A DNA stretch of 63,439 nt, counting the filler, from Collodictyon triciliatum (taxonomy: Eukaryota): NCBI GenBank assembly GCA_043381765.1. It is 6 parts of 6 records of this genome, joined end to end, with 100 filler letters (N's around TTAATTAATTAA, not from the genome) between each part and the next. Parts side by side here need not be neighbours in the genome. Positions count along the whole stretch, not along the records: positions 41,196 to 54,816 come from JBHJMP010001953.1; 5 more parts are not named here. One strand, 5' to 3'. Made by a program: the position numbers and the translations under genes. Shown here in pieces: positions 41,451-54,587 of the stretch; within the stretch, counting starts at the first letter, position 1; each line of letters opens with the position of its first letter. Under the pieces are notes generated by a model. It had not been told where the DNA came from and did not search any database. It saw nothing but the letters and a program-made list of their open reading frames with translations.

Positions 41451-43925
41451 ATGAATGGGCCGTTTATTATCCCTGGAGATGACCTGCACCCAGAAGACCA
41501 TGTTATATTTCAGGCGAGCTCTCAAGCATCATAAAAGTAACTCCAAGAAAAAATGAGGCCAATCATAATCTTGCATTTGAAACTGCACAGGTTCCTCCAC
41601 GGCTTGCTTCTGTCGTTCAAACGATGGTCGATGCCCAGGATTTCTCTGGGTTGACTTTTTGCATGAACGAAGATGGTGTGTTCATGAGCATGAGCATGAA
41701 AAAAGAAAAAAAAAAGAAAATCTTTTTATAATTACTAGTAATAATCTGATGAAAAAAAAAGAAGAGATTACGGTGGGATATGACGGAATTATATTTTTCA
41801 AGCAATTAAAATCATAAATAAAAAATTCATGATAATAAAATAGTATAGTGAAGGCTTTCATTTCTGTCAATATTTTATGGTGTCTAAATGAATACTTAAT
41901 CAGTCATGAAACTGATTGCAAAATGGTACTTATATGACAAATAATTAAGGTCGAACAGGGACGTGCGAAATTGCTGGGGAAACGCTTTCGATTTCACTGG
42001 TTGATTTGCCAAGATTGATTGAAACATACAAGACCGTAGATCATTTCAACGTTTACAAAAGTGCAGATATATCACAGGTAAAAATGTGCCTTTTCATCGT
42101 TCTAATACATACTTTGTTCTTGGACCGTTGTGTTTACATTTCCACTATTTAATACTCAAAGATGTTGGTTGTTCACCCTGCTGACGTTAAAGTTTCTCTT
42201 GATTATGAAAGTGGAATTACTCCTCCAACAACAAAAATCAAAGGAGCAAGCTACAGCAAATTATTATCCAAGGTATTCTCTATATATATCTTTCCTTTCA
42301 ACAAGGACTGCAAATTATTATAGAATATGTCAAAAATGATTTATACATATATATTATATTGCATTTTTACCTTCATCCATTACTCTCATACTTTCATCCC
42401 ATGTTTTCCAAAATTAATACACAGATAATTAGTTGTAATTGAACCAGAGCATACACTTACATGTTCTATGAATTTTGAAAAGTACTCCAGGGAAGATATT
42501 GAATGGGCGGAGGCAGAGGTTTTGAAGTTAATACAAGCCGGACCAAATGAAACGATTGATATCCAAAAGAGAAGAAATATTCATATATAATTTTTTTTCG
42601 TCTCCAAAAAACATTTTTACTTCATTTAATCCCATCATTCATTTTATACATAAAGAATCTAAATATTGCGCTATATAGATACTAGACAATAACTGAAAAG
42701 ATGGCGAATACATGCCTTTTTCTTTTACATTATCAAACATGGTTATACACTTTAACTTGAAAAACAAATGAGCATAGTGGACGATATTCAGCCAACTGAC
42801 ACAGCAAGAGAAAATGAAGTTTGTGTGGATGACATTTCTGAAAACGAGGGAGATAATGAAGATGACCTAATTTCCGACATATGCTCAACAGGAGACATGC
42901 AAAAAATCATGACTGAAAACGCACCTATAGAGGTATTTTGAATACTTTTTAGATGATTTTTTGACAATAAATGAGCTATGTTCCTTTCTTTTTCTTTATT
43001 TGGCATATTTATCAATTAGTCACATGAACTGATAATTTTCTCAATATAAACCTTTTGATTTGATGGAGACCTCCATTGAATATGAACACTTTTCAACAAT
43101 TCCATAAAAAACAGCTGTTGGGTTTTTTTAGAATTATTTATATGTGCCAAAGGTTATCTTCTGAAAGTATATTATATAGGTTGATGCAGAGGGGCAGCGT
43201 CCTACCGATTCTACCAATCGTCTGCTGACTGATGACCAGTCGGAGCCTACCCAAGCTGAATCGAATCTTATTAATGAAATCCTTAATCATGAGGATATCG
43301 ATGTTGTCTCCGTAGTTAGCGAAGTTGGAAACACTCAGGTGCAAAACACAAATACAGGCGAATGCGCGACACAGGAAACTATAGTGGACTTCTTTGTTGG
43401 CGCCAAGGCATCTCAAGAATTAGAAAAGCAATTAAGCGAACCAAATACAACCGAAACGCAATTTAAAGGCGATGAAGTCATGGCTGAAATCTTACCCGAC
43501 GCTCCACAAGAAGTAGTTGACCCGCGTGTCCTTGAGTTAAAGGCATCTTTGATTCCAATACAGACCGAGGTTGACGAATTAAAATCCTCCATCGATTCAT
43601 TAGAGTCTCAAATCACCACGATTAGCAACCCGATTATGAAGGTAACTATAATATTCATGCTTTTTTTAAGCAAAAATGCTTTCTTTTTTTTTTTTTAATG
43701 TTCGTTGCGCATGATAAGGCTCTAAAAATCATATAACTTACTTTTGGCTACACCAAATTATTTGCAACCTTCCGGTTTAAAATCAGATAACAAATACTAA
43801 TATATTTGATATAGAGTCGCCAACAAAAGAGACTGGAGGAGTTAAAGGGGAAACTATCCACCAAATTGGAGGAAGTTGCTGCAATAGACGCGGATATCGA
43901 TAAAATTATAAATCCGAGTGCCTAA
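41451..43925 (+). CDS. TAF7: TFIID subunit TAF7 (TAFII55)
   Basis: EDHVIFQVPP; DGRTG...LVDLPRLIETYKTVD...YKSADISQMLVV; ESGITPP; EAEVLKLI; acidic linker; C-terminal coiled coil ISNPIMKSRQQKRLEEL. The model requires one GC-AG and one AT-AC intron. The start codon is tentative. Confidence 0.88.
42559..42765 (+). other. U12-type (minor spliceosome) AT-AC intron in TAF7
   Basis: Donor G|ATATCCAAAAG, branch-point-like CACTTTAAC at 42748-42756, acceptor AAAAAC|AA about 10 nt downstream. Splicing restores ...GPNETI-E-MSIVDDIQP. Confidence 0.78.
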
Positions 43926-44333
43926 TTTTTCTGGTTTCTTTTCAACAGTTTATTGAGAGAAAACAAAGCCGAGGAAACTGCCTTCGCCTCTAGGGCAAGA
44001 AATGAGCTGTGGACGAGACAGTGGAAAACCCCGGATTGTGTGATTGGAGTTTTGTGTTTTGGGTAGAAGGAAAGAAAAAAGAAAAAAAATATAGAAAGGA
44101 GAGAAAATGTTCTCACACGCAAACTATTCTACCCGAGGCGAATCAACTTCAACGCGATTTCTGGTTGTATTCGAGACAGACAAAAGAGCGGATAAAGTTG
44201 TCGAGTCGATAAAAGTACGCACGTGGCAGGTGCTTGTCAAATCGATTCCGACGAGTCCTTTCAACCATCTATATTAGACAAGATTTACATCCTATTTCAG
44301 TCCACAGGATGAGTCTTTTGGGGAGACAACGGG

Positions 44334-45500
44334 TCACTTTCCCTGCGTTTCTTGCTGGGCGACTCTGACAAAAAGTGATACAGTTGTTTGTCTGGAATTA
44401 TCGGAAGTGGCGCTTGACCGTCCCCTGGCATCGGGACCATGCGTAGCCAGCGGTGGACTTTGCTTAACAGGAGTATGGATACGCGTTTGTGGTTTTAGAA
44501 ACATACGCTCCTGCTTGCTCGGACTGTCTTTGGTGTGTGAAGTTCCAAGCTTGGATTCGACTTGTGCTGTTTGCTCTTGCTCCTTGGTTCTCGGTGCGAC
44601 GGGCTGGAGCTGGATAAACGGACTATCTTTGGTGGGCGCTGGTTCTTGTGTTGCCTTCGCTTTGGAGTTTCCTTTCGGATAAGTAACGAAGACTGCCTTG
44701 TTGCTTCCTATGTTAACCATATTCACGTCAGTCTGAATGGGTAGTTTAAGGGGGGATTTCTCTCATGGTTTGGAGATGCACTGCTCTTGGGTCTTGCGAT
44801 GTACGGGCTTGTCCGGCGTTGGCGGTGGAGGGCTCGAGTGCGAGGATTCTGAAGAGGAACCAAGATTTCCTTCCATGTCATCGTCGCTGTCGCTGTATGC
44901 GCGTATCTTCTGTGAGTCTTGCAGATTCTGTTGTTGCCTGGCCTTGGCTTCCTTGACTCCGTTGCTGCTTGTCTGCTTGGCAGGTGTATTCTTTTGCGGG
45001 GCTTTTACTTGTCGTTCATTGTTCGCGGCTGGCGGACGCTCTTTGAGGATGTGCTTTGGACACTTTTTACCCATGACCGTAAACTTTGCAGGGAGCTGGT
45101 TCTTATGACAAAGAAGCTTCACCACGGCCGTGTCTGTGAAGAAGCCTCTGTTCTTTTTAATCTCCACGTGGGTCGGTCTGAACGGCTTCAGCTTCTCGCG
45201 AAGTTGCGGCCACACGTCCAGCGGTAGTTGTTAGAGCATTACCGAGGTCTCTGTTGGTTTACTTCTGCTGAAGCTGATTGTAATATCGATCAAACTTACC
45301 TGCTTCAGCTTCAGAAGCTTTCGGGCGTTCTCTGCAGTGCGGAAGGCGATCAGGCAAAGGCCTTCGCTGTCTGGTAAGCGCAATTGGATGGACTCTTCCC
45401 AAAGTTTGTTTGCTCTCAAGAAGGAGGCGAGCGCATCTGTGAGCCTGCGGGTCTTGTTCTTGTTGTAGACTTCTTGCTCGACACTATAAAAGAATTCATT
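44334..45500 (-). pseudogene. Intronless reading frame with RRM-like N-terminus and low-complexity tail, interrupted by two in-frame stops; possibly a decayed non-LTR retrotransposon ORF1
   Basis: ORFs 45419-45231, 45215-44763 and 44726-44334 share one frame, broken by TAA (45231-33) and TGA (44763-65). The segment EGLCLIAFRTAENARKLL resembles RRM RNP1 plus helix. No ORF2/RT was seen. Confidence 0.5.
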
Positions 45501-46368
45501 CTGCCAAAATTAAAGGCGCAAAAACCAGTGAGTCTAAGCTGTCTTGTTCCCATTAACTAGCCACACGATAGTGTTCTTTGCTTTCAACTATGCAGAAATT
45601 ATTTCTTGTATCCACCACCTTACAGAAAGGAACAAATAAGGGCGACCTCACCACACAAGACCTTTTTGCATGTAATAAAGTGTACATGTAATGCCCCGCC
45701 GAACACTTCAAGAAAAGCTCATGCTTTAGGGTCTTGGTCGAGTCTAACTCTGAGCACAATATGTTTGAGAGGCATTATCGAATCGGCTGGAATATTGCTT
45801 CTTAATCTGTAAGCAGTCGTATTCCAATGTTCACACACACCGCGGCCCATGCACAGCGACAGAATCAATCACACCCGCGTCATTACTTGGACTCTCCCGT
45901 GCTCTTTTTTGCAGGGTGGATGAATAATAAGCAAAAACACACGTCCTGACCTTTCTCACAAGAAACAAAAAAAAAGACAGGATGCGCACAAATGCAACAG
46001 CCTGCTTCATCTTACAAGTCCATGAAACCTACACCGTTTCCTTGGCATCCACAAGCAGCAAACCTGAATCGGCAAAACGTGCTCGATATGGTGTGGCGAA
46101 ATTCCTGTGTCCTCTAATCCAAAAATTAAGATATATAAGTATATATTAACACACCATTTTGAGTGTATGAAGATACAACACCTATAATGCATTTAATTAA
46201 AGGATATATAGTATTTTCCATATATAGATTTACTGATTCTGGAATACATGTCTACCAAAACGCCATCCTCTTTGTATGCGGTTGTCATTTCATGCTTCTG
46301 TCATAGTCGTAACCACAGGAGACACAAACAGAGTCAGACAAACCCACCTCCAAACACGCAAAGGCCGT

Positions 46369-49300
46369 ATGTCGTTCTTCAACTTGGTCCGTAAAGCAGT
46401 CTCTGGGGATCGCCGCCGCTTCAGAGAAGGGGACTTTGACCTGGACCTTTCCTACGTCACGGATCGACTAGTTGGTTTGTGCTTCCTCGTCTTCCTTGGC
46501 GCCTGTGTTGTTGACGGGATGTATAATAAGGCCATTTGATTTCAGCCCATTTTATTGTTATTGTTATTGTTAATATTTATGTTGATGTTGGTATTGATAT
46601 AAATGTTGATATTGATGTTAATATTGATGTTGATGGTGATGTTGATGGTGATATTGTTGATGTTGATGGTGATATTGTTGATGTTGATGGTGATATTGTT
46701 GATGTTGATATTGATGTTGATATTGATATTAATGTGAGTGTTATCATTAGCATTTTTTTAACAATATGCTATGAAAAACACATTTTTTTTCGTCCTCGAA
46801 GCGATGGGCTTTCCAGGATCAGGTTTAGAGGGAACTTATCGCAACAACATCGACAGCGTGTCCCGATTTCTGAATGCGCGCCACGGTTCCAACTACATGG
46901 TTTTCAATCTGTCGGATCGATCATACGATTATTCAAACTTCAATCATCAGGTGCAGCTTAAAAATCATCACCCAGAGTGTAGAAAGTTGTTGGGCTGTGC
47001 TATTTGGTGTTTACCTTCATGAATGACCTAGGTTGTCGAGTGCGGATTCTTGGACCATCATCCTCCTCCCCTGAAAATGCTCTTTGAGATATGCCACAGG
47101 ATACACATATGGCTCTCCATAGACTCTGAGCATGTCGCTGTCGTGCATTGTTTAGTAATAATGACTTATTCAGAAAACGAATACCATGTACTGGAATCAA
47201 TATCCAAGTTTCAGATGAATACCAGCTATGGTCTGCATCTTTTCTGAAAAAAAAATATATGTTCAACAGGCTGGAAAAGGGCGCACAGGAATCGTAATTT
47301 CATCTTACTTGTTCTATGCTGGATTCAGTAACAGCATCTGGCAAGGATTGTTTCATTTTGCCGTACAAAGGTCTGAAACAGAAGAGGGCGTGACTATGCC
47401 CTCCCAAATCAGGTTTTGTTACAACCTCTCTCTCCTTTCTTTATTTCACATTAAAGCGCCAAAAGCAATCAATCCCATAGAATTGAAAGCAACGTTTCTT
47501 TACTCTTTGTAGTTGATTGCTAAAGTTCTTGTGCTTTTCCCAGTTTCTGAAAGCATGTAATTTGTCGCTACATAGGTATGCGTTTTTATTTAGTGAAGTC
47601 ATATCAGGAGCCCTCAAAATTCACCCTAGGCCGATGATTTTGAAGGTATATACGATTAATTATTGATGGTTTATTTATTCATATTTCATTCGAAAGAAAT
47701 AGACATTTTAACATTATGATAGAAATTAGATAAATATATTCATTCTAATTCGACGTATTTTCATATAAATTCTCTTGTATAAACAAAATTTGAAAAAAAA
47801 AGGAAATTGTGATGAAAGGCTCTTTTATGCCGCGTTTTGAAAGGGTTGGATTTTGCCCTCTGCTATTTATTTATTCTGGGCGAAAACTGATTCATTCTTC
47901 CGCGTGGAGAAATGGAGAACAAATGTATTCATCAAAACACACAAGATTACCCATCATTCATTGAATCCATATGGATAATATACTTTAAATTGTCAATAGG
48001 ATACCTTTATCATTTTTTCTATTGCATCTAGGCCGTATGTGACTCAGACCCCAGGACAACAATTCGTGCATCCGTGTCGGTGTCTTGTATTTGGAGACAT
48101 AACTGTACACATGTATCATGAGCCAGTATCATCATTACCTTTACCTCTTCGTAAACACAAAACTATTGCATTTCGATGCACATTGCATACGTCCTTTCTT
48201 GAACAATCTGCCGTGCAGTTCGACGAAGTTCCTGGTATTGAACTTCCTTAACATATATTTGATAGTCTCTCACAATTATCTTTTAATATTTCTGCATAAA
48301 GGGCTGATCGTTTCTCTCCCCTATAACGAAGGCAAAATAAAATACAAGATAAGGAATCACCTTAATTGTTGTTTCAACTTGAAGTAATATTGTTGATATT
48401 TATTTTCAGAAAATCTGAAGGCTCCAGCGATGACGAAGCGAAGGTCTTTATCGAACGCAGCAGGAATTCGAGATATTGTTTCGAGTGCTTATGATTTAGA
48501 TGGACCGAGTTTTGCAGAAAACACAAGACCAAAAACATTGGAAGATGAGATGGGTAAATCAAAATGTGGCGTTGGTAACTTTGCAGACTTTTCAGCTGCA
48601 AATAAGTACCTTAATTTAAAGCCGTCATTCCGAAATTCTGTCAGTCTTTCAAATTCAACGACACATATTGGATGGAAAGAGGTTCGTGTGCAGCTTCTCA
48701 AAGACGATTTAGACGGACCACATCTGGACAATCAAAAGTTTTTTTTTTCACTTTTTAAATGAAGAATCTTGAAAGAACAAATTCAATGTCACATTCATAG
48801 TTATGGAAAAGAGAGCTCTATTAAAAATAACTGTTTTAATTCAAAATTTATTTATATCATCGCAGTGTTCGATTTGCAGAAGATTTTGCTGTTGAATTCG
48901 TTTTTGATTGTCCAATGTCCTCCATCATCGATCAGAAAAGTCCAGAGCCTGCCACTGAAGCGATGGTTCGACGTAGAGATAGAGAACTCGAACCGTCCAT
49001 CACAATCGACCATCATTTCAAGAATATCGTAAGAAGTCATATATTGATTTGTTCTAATTACTAAAATTTGAGTACTCTGGTAGAATCCCGCTTTTCATAA
49101 TAAATTGGAGAGCAATATCATAGCAGGCGGTCATCATGACTTGTATTGATGGCATCTAATGCAGCTCCCATTTTTTTAACCAATGAATGTAGCCTCTGCA
49201 AAATCACATTGACGATATATCCAAATTCTGGAGCCGGTCAGAAAATCTCTTCATAGAGGCATTAAATCTCCCTGTCCCGATGGTCTCTGCATCCTTGCGG

Positions 49301-49816
49301 ATGTCTCAATTTGTCCCTGATGAGTATCTACAGAATTATGGAGACACTACAGAACCAATTATCATATCATCCCGAACAATCTCACAGGCCCATCCACCAA
49401 TTCGCTCGACATGGAAATCATCCAAGGCCAATTCCCATGCTCACGTTCTGCCAACACGAAAATTCACTCCCGATGAGACAACAGGCTCGGGTACTAACCT
49501 CAGTCAAAGTGCACCGCAAAATTATTTAGAGGAAGAAATCCAGCTTGAAGAACAGAGCCACTCTTCTGCTGCTGCACATGAACCTGTTGGTGATGCTGAG
49601 CTGGACACGCCAGCAAACAAAAGTAATCAATGCAGTAATTTCCAGTGCCAGAATACCATACTTCATCTACTCGAGAGGATGCAGTTACTTCAGATGGAAA
49701 ATGAACGTCTTCGAAATCTGCTGGGCCAGCAGAAAGAAACTCCCTCAAGTTTGGAGCCAAAGCAAAACGAAGCCACATCCAGGCGTGTGCGCAGCTATAG
49801 TTACGGTCGTTCATGA
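46369..49816 (+). CDS. PTEN: PTEN-like phosphoinositide phosphatase (phosphatase + C2 + tail)
   Basis: VRKAVSGDRRRFREGDFDLDLSYVTDRLVAMGFP, EGTYRNNI, FLDHHPPPL, HCLAGKGRTG, GVTMPSQIRY. C2 motifs VFGDI..FRCTLHTSFL..KDDLD..RFAEDFAVEFVF. Confidence 0.92.
46553..46732 (+). repeat. Degenerate (GTTGAT)n repeat in PTEN intron 1
   Basis: Imperfect GTT/GAT/ATT triplet array. Confidence 0.85.
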
Positions 49817-50338
49817 AAAATTGCATGTATATCGTGAATCCTCTCTACTTTTTTTTCTCGGTTATATACCTATGCACATTAGCGGAACGTTTTTTGCTTT
49901 TTGTTTTTTTTGATTTCATTTTTCCTTTTCCTTTTTTCTTTTCATTTTTTTTAAAACACTCTCAACCCTTATTAAACAACCAACTCCGCACATCCCACTT
50001 TCCTTCTCTTACCATCTCGTGCCGCTGACATGCAACGCAAGCAGAGAAGTTTGAATGAAATCAGGAAATCCCTCTGTAGCATCCATGAAAAGTCTACCTT
50101 TTTGGTTGTCTGTTTGCGTTGCCGCACATATAAATAGTTTGACAGATTGTTGTAATTTGGCACTGGAATTCCTCCTACTTGCACACTTCATTTTATTCTA
50201 TTTTCCCGTCAAAAGCATTCAACCGCGCACTTTCTCATTGTCACTGCAGTGATTATATATTTCTGGTGAACCAGAGACAATCTTGCTTCCGCTGCTGCTT
50301 GCTTCGCTTTGAAGTCCTTTGTTTTGCAGTCCTTCACA

Positions 50339-53300
50339 ATGTGGAAGCGGATCGCGCTGGGGCTCGGACTCGGATCAGGACTCGCGCTCGGACTCTTCCA
50401 CGGGACTTACGCCTTGGCAGGCGAAAACGACAGTTCTCTCCATGAGAGCCCGGTTCTGTCCGAGTGTGTTTGGCGATATCGAAACACGGTGCGGACTCTG
50501 CGTGGATTACAAGCGGTAATCAATGATATGTTTATTTCTCTGCCACAACAGTCTCCCGTCGAATGTCTCCTATGATTTTCGTTTTTAAATGCGCGTTGAT
50601 GGGGATGAAGTGATTCAGATATATAAGTTGGCTGAAAGTTGCACGCATATAGTGTTCTCTAGTTTACTTGGATTACACCTACTCACTTCGAGGATTGGAT
50701 GAAAAAACAAAAGAATACAACGAGGCAAAAGAAAAGGTTTTTCTTCCACTGTTATTTGCATTGCATTAGTTGAACCACACATATTTTGTTTTGTATTTTG
50801 GACATGTGTACTATATAATTACCATCAAGTGCTGCACTTTATTGAAAAGGTGCATGCGCGCTCAGCCGAAAGGATATACAATCTCTGCATTTTGAATTCT
50901 GGATTATACATAAAAGGTTTCTATTAAATATAACTACAAAGAGCTCCAATACTTACAAAACAACTGTAATTTTTCTTTTCAGAACTCACGTTCTACCAAA
51001 GAAATTATTTGTCTCTTTCCTTTCTTTTCATTTTGATGAATTAACATTTGAATGCAGAATTAATCTAACAAGGATGACATGTCTTAAGCCGGACAGTATT
51101 TAGGGTCGCTGATGGGCATACTACCGCGCGAGTATCATAATAGACTTCGCATGCTTCAGGACAAGGTGAACGCTTGCTTTCCTAGGATTAAAAAATTAAG
51201 TGAGATGATTAGGTTTTTTTTTTATTCTTTTTATAATGCCCTATTTTAACAAAGAGGTATGATTTTATAGGCGCCAACATCATCATGGGGGTTGATTAGC
51301 AAATCCATGGAAGAGTCATTTGGGCGTAATTTTGAAGAAAAGTAATTCACAATCACAAAAGAAACATGCCTAATCAACTCATTTGATTATTCAATATTGA
51401 ATGGACTACTATGCTTTCATAGATTCTTACTCATTGATAAGGAAGCGATTGCATCGGGAACATTGGCTCAGGTTTGTCGGGCAGTTGTATTTACATATAT
51501 AATCTTAATTTTTCATAATTATCGATGTCATTGAATGTGCTGATTATACAACCATCATTTCAATAGGTTCATCGGGCTACATTGCGTCAAGGAGCCGAGG
51601 TTGCTGTCAAGGTTTTGAATATTTGTCCATAAACTTTTTCAAAATAACTATTTGGATATATTTTACCTCAAAAACTAACACATATTTAGATACAGCACCC
51701 TGGTCTAAAATCTACAATCGCATTTGATTTTCTTTTCTTGGAGTTTGTAGTCAATATTATTAGATGGGTTCGTTTTATTCCTATCAAAATAATTACATCA
51801 GAATAATCAAACGAGTTAACCCTCTTATAAAACAATTCATTTTTTAAATTTTATTCAGAAAAATGAAGACATCGACCTTACAAACGTTTTGCTCGAATAC
51901 AAAAAGTCCATATCACAAGAAATAGGTTTTTTTAAATATTTTTAAAAATAAAAAACAATTAGAGGTTCCACATTGATTCTTATTTATAACAGACTTCAAT
52001 CAAGAATTGGCCAACATGACCGAGGCCAGAACACTGATGAAGGATATTCCATTCATCGTAATACCAGCAGCATATAAGGTATGCAGCAGAAATCTCTCAC
52101 ATATATTTTCATGCCCTTTGCCCACAGGGTCATGAAAACTCTAACGAATTAAGGAATTGTGTTCTTCAAGCATCATTACGATGGATTTTGTTGATGGTGT
52201 CAAATACTCTGATAAAGAGGCAATTACATCAAATGGAATAGACTATAAAAAGGTTTCTTTATTTTATAAGAATATCAACAATGTGGAAACCTGAATTATC
52301 GATGCATATATTCATCAGCTGGAGTGAAAATGACGAATCGCATTATTATTATTTTTTTAGGTTGTGATGCGGCTGTACGATTTCATATCCCACCAGGTAA
52401 CATGAGATATCAATATTTCTATGAGAATTTCAATATTAGAACGAAGAAATCGTGACAAGCTCTTGGCTGAACCCTTCATGATATCCTTCACCAAAGATGT
52501 TTGTGGATGGCTTCGTGCATTGCGACCCCCATCCAGGAAACATTCTTGTCAGAAGAAATCCTGATAAGGCATCGTTTCTCAAATTGACGTAGCTTTTATG
52601 AATGAATCCATGAAGAGAAATATGCAAAATTTTAAATCTTTTCCTTCATCTTTTATTGTTGAAGTTAATCACATACCCACCCAACAACTTTTGATCAGCA
52701 AGATGACGTTCAACTCATCATACTCGACCATGGGCTGTATCACCGGTTTGATATCGAGTTCAGGTGACATTAATCGCCTATTTCCCTCACTTTGTGTTTG
52801 TGTATTATATTTATTAATGTGCGAAACGCACTAGGAGGGACCTTTGTCAGCTATGGATGGACTTGGTTTCTTATTTGAAAGAATCGAGAAGCATTTAAAA
52901 GAATATCTGGTGCATAATTAGAGACTTTATTTTAGTTTTGTTTTCAAGGTCGTCAATATGTTCTAGGTATCTGGTCAAATCAGGGGCAGCACAAGGTTTT
53001 TCGAAAAGTATGGGATACCTTTCCAGGAGAAGATAATCGCAAGTGTGATTTTAAAGGATGTTTGGACATTGGGGTAATCATTCAGCAGATGGTATTACTG
53101 AAACATTTATATGTTCTCGAGAGATAGCATTCATCACTTTGATATTTATTTCGCCTTAAGAAAGGAGAAAGTGCGGTCGACATTGCAGCTGAAGACGAGC
53201 TCCGAGAGTAAAAGACCCAGCGAACTGGTCTCTCTGGTAATTGACGTAAAAAAATCATTAATATTATATACCCGGCGTAGTTACACATATTTTGCATTTT

Positions 53301-53781
53301 TATACTAATAACTTTGAATATCAAATTTGTACAAGAAGACTGTTTTTTTTTTCTTTTGGAGGTGAACATTGAGTATATCCATGACACCAGTTGATTATCC
53401 TTTCTATCATCACAAAGTTACGCGCCGAAGGAATAAAATGGTTTCAGGATTTTCATCGAATTCCAGAAAGCCTTTTTTACTTTATTAAAATTGAGTATAA
53501 CTTCCTTACAAATGCAAAAAGAAGTGTACCATGTAATTTTACAATAAAATAGACCTTCTTGTTCATAAGCACAAACCATTGTACCATTTCATCAAAGAAT
53601 AACCGAATACATGTCCATAGAAATCTGCTCTATCTTTCCATACCAAAAGATGAGCGCTACTTGAATAGACGGTCAGTTCCTCCTATTACGCTGCAATCCA
53701 GAAAAATGTTTTCTTACTTTTGAATATGTTAGGGTTCTAGTATTCACAAAAAATGCATGGAGAGGAATCCATAAAGAATGA
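50339..53781 (+). CDS. ADCK1: ABC1/UbiB/AarF-family atypical kinase, ADCK1/5-like
   Basis: NSGLYIKAGQ, LQDKAP, AIASGTLAQVHRATL, VAVKIQHP, EIDFNQE, ITMDFVDG, GFVHCDPHPGNILV, ILDHGLY. About 16 exons. The N-terminus resembles a mitochondrial targeting peptide. Confidence 0.88.
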
Positions 53782-54399
53782 GATAGGTGCAAACAGAGGA
53801 TAAAACACAATCAAGTGTTCAGACGTTACACTCTGACATAGTCAGAAAATAAAGTCTTCACATGTTGTATGCCTTATCAAAGCGCCTGTTTTGCTCGTGT
53901 GTTGTCTTCTTTATACTTAAATAACAGGCTGTTGTGCTGTATCATTTATCGCAACACTGTAAGCATTCGACTTGCGATTTTCTCCAATGTTGAGATGTCT
54001 TCAGTTCTTTTTCTATTGTCTATTGTTAAGCCAGAGTATTGTGGGGACAATGCAACCATTTCTCCGTCAACCACAGCCTTTCTTTAAAAAGGAATCATCG
54101 GGTGCCTCCCAAAACGAGTGTATTCGGGATATTTCTGACTCATTTCGCTGCGGAATACGTTCATTCCATAAAAACGCCTGTTTCATCTTGGCAGTCTGGT
54201 TGGGTGCATTGTTAACAGCTGGGTCATCCAAAAAATACAGTGTTGTTTGAAAAATAGAGCTGACGTTTTTTTTTTACAACCTCATTAGACGGCGATTGGC
54301 AGATCATATAAAACTTGCTTCACATATACACACAAGAGGTGAAAAGACACAGACCACAGGAATAGGGCCTTTCATGGTTTCTGGACACCAATTAACGAC

Positions 54400-54587
54400 C
54401 TATATCATACCATTTATTTCATTTGGAAGAGAGGCATGGTCTATAAAGTCACAGGCAACCATATAAAGCCATGGAAAGATGTGCAAAACAATGCTGTGCA
54501 CCAGAAACATTCTATGCCCTTTTGGAATATGCGGAGTGTGACTTCGCTCGGTCTCTTTCGTGACTCACGCCTTTCAACTCTAATATC
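54400..54587 (-). CDS. Possible terminal exon of a gene truncated by the scaffold end
   Basis: A CAG acceptor at 54588-54590 is followed by open frames of 25-60 codons. The upstream repeat is T-rich on this strand, as in other introns. No motif recognised. Confidence 0.25.

Noticed and set aside
44763-45233. Stop-codon reassignment (alternative genetic code)
   Set aside because: Conserved genes terminate at TGA (5164, 17936), TAA (43923, 29475) and TAG (18773, 55502), and long exons contain no in-frame stops.
53106-53164. Possible second U12 intron in ADCK1 (CCTTAAG near the acceptor)
   Set aside because: There is no RTATCC donor, and a 52-nt GT-AG intron restores the frame.
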